Assembly: GCA_963813335.1 (NCBI GenBank)
Contig: CAWEYL010000003.1
Coordinates: 416,001-480,000, forward strand
DNA from: an uncultured Chloroflexia bacterium
GTDB taxonomy: Bacteria; Chloroflexota; Limnocylindria; Limnocylindrales; CSP1-4
Length of the DNA: 64,000 nt
Reading direction: 5' to 3'
The notes beneath the pieces are model-generated. The model had not been told where the DNA came from. It did not search any database and was given only the letters and a program-made list of their open reading frames with translations. The position numbers and the translations under genes are program-made. Positions 1 through 9,512 of the stretch are shown here, in pieces. Numbering within the stretch: the first letter of the stretch is position 1; each line of letters begins with the position of its first letter.

Positions 1-262
1 CGCCGTTGGTGATCGAGATCGACAGGGCCTGGAGGTCGCGCGCGCCCCCGTCGACGATCTCGAGGCGCTCGACCGGCGCGGTCGTGGCCGCGGTGGCGGC
101 CGGCGCCGCGGCTGTCGTCGCCATGACCGGGGCCGGGGCCCGCTTCGCGGTCGGCGCGGCGGTCTTCGCCGCCGCGGCCCGTGTCGTGGCGGCCGGCTTG
201 GCCGTGCTGGTCCGCGGCGCCTTCGCCTTCGGCGACGGTGTGGTGGGGTCGGTGTCAGCCAT
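1..262 (-). CDS. Hypothetical protein, 5' part only (runs off the left edge), with an Ala/Thr/Lys-rich N-terminus
   Basis: ATG at 262 with a GAGGGA RBS; translates MADTDPTTPSPKAKAPRTSTAKPAATT...VERLEIVDGGARDLQALSISITNG, open to the window edge. Confidence 0.6.
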   Translation of the reverse strand, partial: MADTDPTTPSPKAKAPRTSTAKPAATTRAAAAKTAAPTAKRAPAPVMATTAAAPAATAATTAPVERLEIVDGGARDLQALSISITNG

Positions 263-450
263 GGGGTCCCTCGACGGCTCAGCGCCTCGGCGCGGGTGTT
301 GACGTTCGGGACCAGCGTACTCGCCACCCGGCCGGGTCGCACCGATGCCGCGCCGGAGGCCGAACTTCGAGACCTCATGTATCCTCCGCCGCGACGCAGC
401 CTCCCCAGGGCCGCGACAGGGGTTAGCGAGGGGTCCGCATCGTGGCGACG

Positions 451-1656
451 ATGAATCGTCCGTTGGCGCTCGGCATCGGGGCCGTCGCCCTGATCGCCGT
501 GGTCGGAGGCGCGGTCGTCGCCGGCGGCGGCGCATCGTCGAGCCCCGGGCCGTCGGGCAGCAGTGCCGCGCAGGTCACCACGTCGCCATCGCCGACGCTC
601 TCGGGCGAGCCGACCGCCTCGCCGTCGCCGACCGCCTCGCCGTCGCCGTCGCCCACCCCATCCCCGACGCCGATCCCGACTCCCGTCCTGGTGCCCGACC
701 CGCTCACCGGCCGGATGGTCACCCAGGCGGTCGCGAACCGGCGCCCGATCGCGATCATGATCGACGACCTCGGCCCGGCGCGGCCGCAATCCGGGTTCAA
801 CGCCGCGTCCGTCGTGTGGCAGGCCCCGGCCGAGGGCGGGATCCCGCGCTACATGATGATCTTCAACTCGACCATCCCGGGCCTGGTCGGCCCGGTCCGC
901 AGCTCGCGGTTCTACTTCATCACCTGGGCCGCCGAGTGGAAGGCGCTCTACGGCCACGTCGGCGGCTCGCCGCAGGCGATGTCGACGCTGCTGTCGAAGG
1001 GCAGCGGGCAGTACGTCTACAACGCGGACGAGTTCCGTTGGGGCGGCTCCTACTGGCGGATCAAGACGCGGTTCGCCCCCCACAACATGTACACCGACGG
1101 GAAGCACCTGCGCCGCCTGGCGGTGAAGGTCGGCGCCAAGGACGGCCCGGTCAAGGCGCACTGGCAGTTCGCGCCCGACGCGCCCCTCGAGGCGCGGCCG
1201 CAGGGCGGCACGATCGTCCTGACCTACCCCCAGAACAAGATCACCTACAAGTACGACCGGGCGACCAACACGTACCTGCGGTCCGTGACCGGCGAGCCCA
1301 AGCAGATCGACAAGGCCGACGGCAAGCGGGTCGCGCCCAAGAACGTCGTGATCATGAACATGATCTTCGGGCCGCTCAACGACGGGCACCCCAACAAGCA
1401 CCGCCTCGAGGCCAACGTCGTCGGCACCGGCAAGGCCTGGATCTCCACGAACGGGAAGACCATCAAGGGCACGTGGAGCAAGAAGTCGAACACGGCGCCG
1501 ACGCTCTTCTTCGACTCGGCCGGCAAGCCGGTCACGCTGACCGTGGGGCAGACCTTCGTGCAGGTCATGCGCATCGGGTCGGGCTACGCGATCTCCATCA
1601 AGGACGGCAAGGTCCCGACGGCCTCGCCCTCGCCGAGCGCCAGCACCTCGAACTGA
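451..1656 (+). CDS. DUF3048 (YerB-like) secreted or membrane-anchored protein
   Basis: N-terminal hydrophobic anchor, long Ser/Pro/Thr linker, motifs RPIAIMIDD, ARPQSG, AEGGIPRY, GPVRSSR and FAPHNMY typical of DUF3048; GTG at 442 is an alternative start. Confidence 0.85.
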   Translation: MNRPLALGIGAVALIAVVGGAVVAGGGASSSPGPSGSSAAQVTTSPSPTLSGEPTASPSPTASPSPSPTPSPTPIPTPVLVPDPLTGRMVTQAVANRRPIAIMIDDLGPARPQSGFNAASVVWQAPAEGGIPRYMMIFNSTIPGLVGPVRSSRFYFITWAAEWKALYGHVGGSPQAMSTLLSKGSGQYVYNADEFRWGGSYWRIKTRFAPHNMYTDGKHLRRLAVKVGAKDGPVKAHWQFAPDAPLEARPQGGTIVLTYPQNKITYKYDRATNTYLRSVTGEPKQIDKADGKRVAPKNVVIMNMIFGPLNDGHPNKHRLEANVVGTGKAWISTNGKTIKGTWSKKSNTAPTLFFDSAGKPVTLTVGQTFVQVMRIGSGYAISIKDGKVPTASPSPSASTSN

Positions 1657-1657
1657 G

Positions 1658-2989
1658 TCAGGCCCGCCGGATCCCCACGTCGGCGTAGACGGCACGGGTC
1701 TCGGCCGCCACCTGCGCCCACGTCCGCCGCTCGGTCGTCGCGCGCCGTCGAGCCGCCGCGGCCAGGCGACCGTGGACGCGGTCGTCGGCCCAGATCGTGC
1801 GCAAGGCGGTGGCCAGCCGGTCCGCGTCGCGCGCCTCGACCAGCACCCCGGCCGTCCCGACGATCCCGGGCAGGATCCCCACCGCCGACGCGACCACCGG
1901 CGTCGCGCACGCGATCGCCTCGGTGGCGGCCAGCCCGGCCGCGTCGGAGACCTCGGGGAGGATGGCGGCCCGGGCGCCGCGCAGCAGGCCGGCCGCGCTG
2001 GTCGTGGTCATGGCCGGGGCGTAGGCCAGGCACTCCCCGATGCCCTGCCGGGCGGCGACGCGGGCCAGCGACGCCCGGTCCTCGGGGCTCGCGCCGAGGA
2101 GCACGATGCGAGGCGGCCAGGCGACCCCGTCCGGCAGGCCGGCCGGACGGCCGGCCGCGGCGAGGGCGGCCAGCGCGCGCAGGAGCGTGGCGAGGTCCTG
2201 GCGCGCGTCGTAGCGCCCCGGATAGACCAGGTAGCGGCCGCCCAGCCCGAGCCGGTCGAGCTCGGCGGTGGCGTCGTCGTCCGCCACCGACGGTCCCGCG
2301 GAGCCGCGACCCGGCGCCGGGGTGAACGCCGGGCGTGGGGCGAGCGGGATCACCCGGATCCGATCGGGGCGGATGTGGAGCAGCCGTCGCGCGGCGGTCT
2401 TCACGGCCGGCCCGGCCACGATCACCGCGGCGGCGTCGCGCAGCAGGCGGCCGCGCAGGCGCTGCCCGAACCGTGCCGCCGCCGTGCGCCCGAAGGCCTC
2501 CGGCAGCTCCCAGGGCGCCAGGTCGAGCAGCGTCGCCACGATCGGGAGTCCGGAGGCGATGGGCAGCGGTCCGGCGCCGGCCGTGTGGTAGATCGCGCCG
2601 GCGGCCCCGCCCCGCTCGGCATGCCAGGCCGCGCCGAGCGATGCCCCGCGCAGCAGGAACGGGTCGACGGTCATCGCCCCGGAGCGGAGCAGGTGGGTGG
2701 GCGGCAGCAGCCGGCGGCCGACCACCGTGAGCCCACCGTAGGCGGGGGTCGGGTCGTCCAGGTCGCTGCGCAGGAGGAAGGCGAACGATTCGCCCTCCAC
2801 GGGGTCGTCGTCGTACGCCCCAAGGAGCGCGTCCAGGTACGCCGCCGTGACCGGGGCGCGCGGCGGTTCCTGGAGGGGCCGCGCATCGAGCACGACCCGC
2901 ACGCCCGGCGACCGGCCCGGCCCGGTCGGGCCGCTGGCGAGGGTCTCGCGCTTCGGCGGGTCGGGCACGGGACCGCCCGGACCGGTCAT
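1658..2989 (-). CDS. Glycosyltransferase family 4 (GT-B fold) with degenerate motifs
   Basis: RVVLDARPL, ATLLDLAPW, YLVYPGRYDARQD, LPEVSDAAGLAATEAIACATPVVAS, C-terminal TWAQVAAETRAVY; ATG overlaps the stop of the upstream gene (ATGA). Confidence 0.85.
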   Translation of the reverse strand: MTGPGGPVPDPPKRETLASGPTGPGRSPGVRVVLDARPLQEPPRAPVTAAYLDALLGAYDDDPVEGESFAFLLRSDLDDPTPAYGGLTVVGRRLLPPTHLLRSGAMTVDPFLLRGASLGAAWHAERGGAAGAIYHTAGAGPLPIASGLPIVATLLDLAPWELPEAFGRTAAARFGQRLRGRLLRDAAAVIVAGPAVKTAARRLLHIRPDRIRVIPLAPRPAFTPAPGRGSAGPSVADDDATAELDRLGLGGRYLVYPGRYDARQDLATLLRALAALAAAGRPAGLPDGVAWPPRIVLLGASPEDRASLARVAARQGIGECLAYAPAMTTTSAAGLLRGARAAILPEVSDAAGLAATEAIACATPVVASAVGILPGIVGTAGVLVEARDADRLATALRTIWADDRVHGRLAAAARRRATTERRTWAQVAAETRAVYADVGIRRA

Positions 2990-3783
2990 CGCCCGCCGCG
3001 CCGCCGCAGCAAGCGGTCGCGCAGCTCCTCGGCGCGGAGCTGGACGACGACCACGAGCGCCTCGACGATGATCCGGCGCGACATCTTGCTCTGGCCGACG
3101 CGGCGGTCGCGGAAGGTGATGGGGATCTCGCTGATGCGGGCGCCGGCGCGATCGGCGCGGAAGGTCATCTCGATCTGGAAGACGTAGCCGCCGGCGTGGA
3201 CCCCGTCGAACGGGACCTCGGCGAGGGTCGAGGCCCGCCACGCCTTGAAGCCACCGGTGAGGTCCCGGGGGCCGAGCCACAGCACGGTCCGGGCGAAGAC
3301 GCTCCCGCCGCGCGAGATCACCCGGCGCGGGAGCGACCAGTCGGTCACGCCGCCGCCCGGCGTGTAGCGCGAGCCGATGACGAGGTCCGCCGCTCCGTGG
3401 ACGACCGGCTCGATGAGCTCCGGCAGCACGGCCGGGTCGTGGCTGAAGTCGGCGTCCATCTGGACGACGATCTCGGCGCCGCCCTCGAGCGCGCGGGCGA
3501 AGCCGTCGAGGTAGGCCCGACCGAGGCCGGCCTTGACCGAGCGGTGGCGGACGCGGATCCGGGCATCGGCCGCCGCCATCTCGTCGGCCAGGCGTCCGGT
3601 GCCGTCGGGCGACCCGTCGTCGACGACGAGCAGGGTCGCGCCCGGGAGCGCCGCGAGGATGGCCGCGCCGATCGGGCCGATGTTCTCGGCTTCCTGGTAG
3701 GTGGGGAGCACGACCCAGACGCCCGTCCCCGGCAGCCGCTCGCCGACGATCGCGCCGGCTCGGGCGGGGGATGGGTCGGTCAT
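2986..3783 (-). CDS. Polyprenol monophosphomannose synthase (GT2, Ppm1/DPM1-like)
   Basis: VVLPTYQEAENI, VVDDGSPDGT, GLGRAYLDGF, QMDADFSHDP, DLTGGFKAWR, GYVFQIEM, FRDRRVGQSKMS. Confidence 0.92.
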   Translation of the reverse strand: MTDPSPARAGAIVGERLPGTGVWVVLPTYQEAENIGPIGAAILAALPGATLLVVDDGSPDGTGRLADEMAAADARIRVRHRSVKAGLGRAYLDGFARALEGGAEIVVQMDADFSHDPAVLPELIEPVVHGAADLVIGSRYTPGGGVTDWSLPRRVISRGGSVFARTVLWLGPRDLTGGFKAWRASTLAEVPFDGVHAGGYVFQIEMTFRADRAGARISEIPITFRDRRVGQSKMSRRIIVEALVVVVQLRAEELRDRLLRRRGGR

Positions 3784-3811
3784 CGCCGGCAAGTGTACGG
3801 GCCGCTGCCCG

Positions 3812-6316
3812 TCAATGAGGCCTGACCACGATCTTGCTGACGGCCTCGGTGGTCCCGAACCGGCTGGTCGCGCGGACCACGAGGCGATAGGTCCCGGGCG
3901 CGGCCCACGAGCCGGCGTCGCTCTTGCCGTCCCACGTCGGGGCCACGCTGCCGCGCAACGCGGCCCGGTCGGCCCAGATGGTCCGGACGAGGGTCGTGCC
4001 GTGGTAGACCCCCACCTTGAGGCGGGCGTCGCGGAGGAGGCTGATCGTGGCCCTGGCCGTCTCCTTGCCGCGCGGGTCGAACGAGGCGACGGACCAGGCC
4101 GCCGAGCGGATGGTCCGGTCGACGAGGACCGTCGCGTCGCGCACGGTCCGGTTGCCGGCCGCGTCGAACCCGTCGATGCGCAGGGTGTAGCGGCCATCGC
4201 GGACGAGGCCGCCGCCCGGGCGGGTCCCGGTCCAGCCGGTCGTCCACGCCGCCCTCGCGGCGACCGTCCAGCGGCGGATGGCCGCGCCGGACGGGTCGAG
4301 CAGGCTGACCGACCCGCTGAGCGGCTCGGTCGACGTCCAGCCCAGGCTGATGCGGGCCGTGGGACCGGCGACGCCCGGCGTCAGGAACCAGGGCGCGACC
4401 GATGGCGTGACCGACGCGCGCCTGCGGTCGACGACCACGTCGAACGAGCGCTTCGCGCGGTTGTTCGAGGCGTCGGCGGCCCACAGGGTGATGCGGTAGC
4501 GCCCGTCGCGGACGACCCTGGACCCCGGTCCCGTGCCGGTCCACGTGAACGACGGCGCGCGGCCGGGAACGGACCCGTTGCGGATCGCCTTGCCCACCTT
4601 GCTGCCGCTCAGCGGCGCGACCGAGTAGCCCCAGCGGACGAGGCCCGTGACCGTGAGCCGCATCGTGACCGTGTCGCCGTGGCCGTTGCCGTCGGGCGAG
4701 AACCGTGCGGCCGAGATCGTCGCGGCGCCGATGGCCGGCGGGACCTTGTCGGTGATGAACTTGGCCTTGAGCGCCGCGTAGAGCTCGGGCCGGCTGCCGT
4801 CGTAGCCGAGCGCCCAGATGCCGACGCCGCGCAGCCCCGCCCGGTTGACGAGGTCGTACTTCGCCTTGAGCGCGGTGACGTCGTCGAAGTAGAGCTGGCG
4901 CCACGGCTTCACGCAGCCATAGGCCGTCGTGCAGTTCTCGCGCCGGTAGGCGATCCACGAGACGCCCTCGACCGGGTCGTACTTGCGCCCGTAGGCCAGC
5001 GCGAACTCACGGGCGATCGCGTACGGGATGGCGACCGAGGCGCCGTACTTCGTGCCCGAGATGTTCGTCGAGTGGAGCGCCTGGTCCGCGGTCGACCAGG
5101 CCCGCCCGTAGTAGGGCACGCCGAGGATGACCTTCGAGGCCGGGATCCGCGCCAGGTAGGCCGCCACCGTGTCCGAGATGTCGTAGGCCGGCCCGCCGAT
5201 CGGGGCGACCGACCCGACGGGGCTCGAGCCCGCCGTCCGATAGTCGTAGCCCATGATGACCACGGCATCCGCGGCACCCCGGGCGGTGCCGTCCTTGATC
5301 GGGTAGTTCCCGATCCAGCCGGTCGTGTCGAACGTGAGCTGATAGCCCTTGGCGACCTTGTTCAGCTGGGATCGCACCGCCCGGACGAGCGACGTGAACT
5401 CGTCGGCGTAGCCCGAGGCGATCGGCTCGAAGTCCAGGTTCACGCCGTCGGCGCCCCGGTCCCGGACGGCCTGCGCGATCTGGCGGGCGAGGCGGCTGCG
5501 GTAGGCGGGACTGCCGAGGAGGGACTTCTGGCGGGCGAGCCCGCTCGAGGTCCAGGCGAAGCTCTGCACGGTCAGGACGACCCGCGCGCCGCTCCCATGC
5601 GCGGCGTTGATGACGCTCGTCATCCGCGAGCTGGTCCAGCCGCTCCAGCCGACCGTCGGCGAGCCGCCCGCGCCCTTCTTCTGGAGGTTGCCGGTGCCGT
5701 CCGCGCCGACGCCGAAGTAGGCGACGGTCGAGATCTTCTCCCAGTCGAGCCGGGTGGAGCTGTCGGCCAGCTCCCAGTACGGCAGGAAGCCGAAGACCTC
5801 GCGGCGAAGGCCGCCCGGGTCGACCGCGGCGGCGAGCTCGAAGGTTGGCTGGCCGGCGGTGCCGTCCCAGGTCGCGCTGGCGGCGTCGATCACGGTGGAC
5901 GGGTCGACGACGGGCCGGTCGTCGCCGACGGAGACGGTCGCGACGGCGTCGCCGCCGGGGTCGGCTGCGGCCGTCGGGGCATCGCGCATCGTGCTCCCCG
6001 AGACGCGCCCCGATGGCAGGTCCCTGGGCGACCCGCCGTCGACGGGCCAGCGATCGGTGGCGCGTGGCGTGAACGGGACCGTCACCCGGCCGCCCGGCTT
6101 GAACGCGATGCGATCGCCGGCATGGGCGAGCGCCTCCTGGTATTGCACGGTCGGCTGGATGCCGGGGCTCGCGGGGCCGGTCGTGGTGGCCGCCTCGGCG
6201 CCATCGGCGCCGGCGGGCGGCAGGCCGACCAGCGCGAGCAGGCCCAGCGCGAGCGCGAGGCGGCGGGGCGTGCGGGCGGGCACGTGGTGGTGAGCGATCG
6301 GCACGACGGTCCTCAT
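3812..6316 (-). CDS. Secreted GH18 glycoside hydrolase with three C-terminal FlgD-Ig-like domains
   Basis: Signal peptide; EVFGFLPYW, ADGVNLDFEP, IMGYDY, KVILGVPYYG, GVGIWALGYD; C-terminal repeats with FSPDGNG, WTG...DGRY and WDGK...PGTY. Confidence 0.88.
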   Translation of the reverse strand: MRTVVPIAHHHVPARTPRRLALALGLLALVGLPPAGADGAEAATTTGPASPGIQPTVQYQEALAHAGDRIAFKPGGRVTVPFTPRATDRWPVDGGSPRDLPSGRVSGSTMRDAPTAAADPGGDAVATVSVGDDRPVVDPSTVIDAASATWDGTAGQPTFELAAAVDPGGLRREVFGFLPYWELADSSTRLDWEKISTVAYFGVGADGTGNLQKKGAGGSPTVGWSGWTSSRMTSVINAAHGSGARVVLTVQSFAWTSSGLARQKSLLGSPAYRSRLARQIAQAVRDRGADGVNLDFEPIASGYADEFTSLVRAVRSQLNKVAKGYQLTFDTTGWIGNYPIKDGTARGAADAVVIMGYDYRTAGSSPVGSVAPIGGPAYDISDTVAAYLARIPASKVILGVPYYGRAWSTADQALHSTNISGTKYGASVAIPYAIAREFALAYGRKYDPVEGVSWIAYRRENCTTAYGCVKPWRQLYFDDVTALKAKYDLVNRAGLRGVGIWALGYDGSRPELYAALKAKFITDKVPPAIGAATISAARFSPDGNGHGDTVTMRLTVTGLVRWGYSVAPLSGSKVGKAIRNGSVPGRAPSFTWTGTGPGSRVVRDGRYRITLWAADASNNRAKRSFDVVVDRRRASVTPSVAPWFLTPGVAGPTARISLGWTSTEPLSGSVSLLDPSGAAIRRWTVAARAAWTTGWTGTRPGGGLVRDGRYTLRIDGFDAAGNRTVRDATVLVDRTIRSAAWSVASFDPRGKETARATISLLRDARLKVGVYHGTTLVRTIWADRAALRGSVAPTWDGKSDAGSWAAPGTYRLVVRATSRFGTTEAVSKIVVRPH

Positions 6317-6435
6317 CCGGGTGGCGGCGGTCGTTCGACGCTACCCCTCGGCGGCGCCCGCGGGTAGGCGACGAAGGTCCCGGTGCGGACTGGTACGGTG
6401 CGGTCTGGTGGGGAGCGGGTCGGTCCCCCGCGGGC

Positions 6436-8740
6436 CTAGTGGAGCGGCAGGTTCAGGTTCGTGTAGGACTTGCGCCCGGCCGCGTCGGCGCCGTAGACGC
6501 GCAGCTTGAGCGTGCCCGTCCCGCCGCCCGTCTTCAGGTAGAAGACCGCGCGATACGTGTTCGCGGCCGTCTTGGTCATCGCCATGCTCCATGCCGCCTT
6601 GCCGGGCTGGACGATCGAGATCCGCGGCGCCGCCTTCTGCGTCTCGGCCGAGGTCGCGTAGACGATCATCTTCTGGCCGCGGGCCGGGGTGGAATCGCCG
6701 ACCCGGAAGCCGTAGGCGTTCATCTCGAAGGCGACCGCCTGCGTGCTCGTGGTCAGCGCATCGGTCGTGGTCACGACCGAGGTGTACCTGCCGATCGGCA
6801 GGCGGCCCGAGGCGTCGCTCTTCATGGCGTCGTAGCTGCGCGTGTACGAGCCGGCGTCCTGTGCCTGGGCATCGACGAGCGTGTCGACCACGGTGCCGGC
6901 GGCGTCGCGGATCGTCCAGGTCACGGTCGCCGGATGGAGGAGCCGGTAGCCCAGCACGGTCGTCGCGGCGTACTGGTCGCCGTCCTGCGGGTAGAAGAGG
7001 GTCCGCGACGTCGTCACGAACCCGAGCGTCGTGCTCACGCGGACCGGCCGGGCGATCGCGGACCCGGTGTTGCCGACCGAGTCCGTCAGGGTGAACCGGA
7101 CGTCGTACAGGCCGTCGGCGACGACCGTTCCGCCGCTGTCGCGGCCGTCCCAGCTCATGACCGGCGAGCCCGCCTTGACCGCGACGGCGATCTTGCGGAC
7201 CAGGGTGTCGGCGCCGTCGACGACGCGCATCGTCAGCGTCCCCGCTTCCGGCGCCACCGAGGTGAAGGCGACGGTCTCGCGCAGCCCGTCGCCGTTGGGG
7301 CTGATCAGGCCCTCCGGATCGGCGGCGGGCGTGACCGCGCCGAGCTCGGGCGCGACGGTGTCGACGGTGAGCGTGCCGGCGGTGGACGTGGACGCGTTGC
7401 CCCAGCCGTCGACGGCGTCGACGCTGACCGCGTACGCGCCGTCCGCGACCGTGACCCCGCCCGAGGTGCCGCCCCAGGTCAGGCTGAACGTCGCGCCGGT
7501 CCCGGTCGCGGTCTTGATCGTGCTGCCGTCGGCCCGCTTGACCGTGGCCGTCCAGGCGGCCGATTCGGAGAGGTTCCCGGAGATCGTCGCGGTGTCGGTC
7601 ACGCCGTCGCCATTGGGCGAGAAGCGCGCGGCGCCGCCGTCGACGCCCCAGACGCGCGGGGCGGCGCTGTCCTTGGGGACCAGGTCGCCGGCCGCCACCC
7701 AGCCGTCGATCGAGGGGTCGTCCAGGCCCTGGACGTGGACCGCCGTGCCGGCGACCACGGCCGTCGCCATGCTGCTCACGACGTGCAGGCGCGTGCCGGC
7801 CGGCAGGACCGCGGGCGGGTCGCCCTCGGCGGCGGGGGTGAGCGCCGAGCTGTCGAAGAGCGCGGCGCCGGCCGGGCCGGCCGCCGCGTTGCCGGGCACG
7901 ACGAGCCTGGTCGGGTCAAGGCTCGTGTCGGCCCACGTCGCGCCGGTGACGTCGTCGGTCGTCAGGCCCGGCTTCGCGACGAGCGAGCGGTAGTAGCCCG
8001 CCGTCGAGCTATCGGTGTCGGTGTAGGCCGTGGCGCCCGACGTGCGGGAGGACGCGAACGACTTGACGTGGTCGTGGAAGTTCGGGGCGCTCCGCCAGAC
8101 CTCCTCGATGGTGGCGTGGGTGGTGAACAGCGCCCGGATGTACGGCTCGGGGTTGCCGTGCCCGTCGGCGATGACCGCGCGCGCCCGGCCGCCCTTGAGG
8201 AAGCCCGCGCCGTAGTTGTCGACCCGCTGGCGGGCCACGGTCACGGACGGGGCCGCGTTGCCCGGCTCCGAGTTGCCCGACGCGTAGCACAGGTGGCTCA
8301 GGATCGACGACCGCGTTCGGCGCCAGGGCGAGCGTCGAGACATAGGGCTCGCCGTAGTACTGGTTGTTGTAGTCGCCGTTGCCGGCGGTGGCGTTGAGCC
8401 CGAAGCCGTCCTTGGTCGTGTACTTCGAGTCGTAGGTGTACGGGCTCGGCCATCCGTTGCCGTGGCCGAAGTAGATGACGATCGAGGCGCCGGTCGTCGC
8501 CGACTTGACCTTCGACCAGGTCGCGTTCGGGCTGTAGACCTTGACGACGTTCGAGGTGTACTTGATCGCCTCGGCGTAGGCGCGGTCGGCGTCCGCGCGA
8601 TACGAGGCGGTCGCGCCGTGCGTGGCCCCGACGATGATCACCACCTTGGCTCCCGCGGGAGCGGCCGCGCTCGCGGCCGGGGCGAACGCGCCCAGGGCGG
8701 CGAGCATGGCGAGCAGCAGGGCGGCGACGAGTCTGCGCAA
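6436..8740 (-). CDS. Secreted protein with an N-terminal putative caspase/gingipain-like (clan CD) domain and FlgD-Ig-like repeats; one frameshift near 8305
   Basis: Joining ORF 8009..8740 (signal peptide, KVVIIVG, IVIYFGHGNG) to ORF 6436..8343 restores NAVVILSHLCYASGNSEPG; repeats FSPNGDG, ISPNGDG, FYPQDGD, WDGRD...DGLY. Confidence 0.75.
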
Positions 8741-8911
8741 ACGGGCGCTCCGAAGCGATGGGTGGGGTCGGTCGATCGGTCCTCAGGCTGGTGGATGAAC
8801 GTGCGGCGCTCAATCACAGGATGGTCCGGTCCGCGCCGTAGGCCCATCGGGGCCGGCGAGTCCGGTGGTGAGTGGAGCGGTGGGGTTGGGGTGCGGTGGG
8901 GGTCCGCCCGG

Positions 8912-9512
8912 TCATTGTCCCTTGTCGCGCAAGCGCACCACCAGGTCCGCCAGCGCCGGGGCCGTCCGGTCCCGCTCGGAGACGATCGGCCGCCCGTCGC
9001 GCGTCCCGTCGACCGCCGGCCACCGGACCGCGGCCGTCGGGTCGTCCCACGCGAATCCCAGCTCGTCGCTCCCGTCGTACGGGTTGGTGACGAGGTACAG
9101 CATGCCCAGCGGTTCCAGGGCCAGGAACCCGTGCGCGACGCCGGCCGGGATGACGACCCAGCCGTCCTCGCCGATCTCGCGGGTCTCGACGACTGGCCGG
9201 CCGCCGGAGCCGTCGAGGACGGGCCGCAGGTCGACGAGCGCGACGAACGCCCGGCCCGAGGCGACGATCCAGTAGTCCAGCTGGCGGCGGTGGTAGTGCA
9301 GGCCGCGCAGGACGCCCAGGCGCGGACGTGGACAGGTTCGCCTGGACGAACGTCGGCGCGACGCCCGGGTCCGCGCCCGCGTCGCGCGGGTCGATCGCCG
9401 GGAACCGGTCGGCGCGCCACAGCTCCCGGAACGCGCCGCGGGCGTCCGCCATCCGCGCGACCGCCCCGTAGCGGACGCCGGGCAGCGACGACGCGGGGCG
9501 CTCGAGGCTCAT
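8912..9512 (-). CDS. rmlC: dTDP-4-dehydrorhamnose 3,5-epimerase; frameshift near 9317
   Basis: DARGAFRELW, FVQANLSTS, (V)LRGLHYH, IPAGVAHGF, FAWDDP, IVSERD; ATG overlaps the rmlD stop. Confidence 0.9.

Noticed and set aside
571-690. Tandem repeats in the DUF3048 gene and similar tracts at 18500-18600 and 23860-24000
   Set aside because: Explained by low-complexity protein linkers (SPSPT, EAPP, AAAET), not independent DNA elements.
8741-8911. Possible c-di-AMP (ydaO) riboswitch upstream of the secreted enzymes
   Set aside because: I could not see the conserved GCUGAA, GGGGUGAA or CCCGUCAGCUAAC-type segments.
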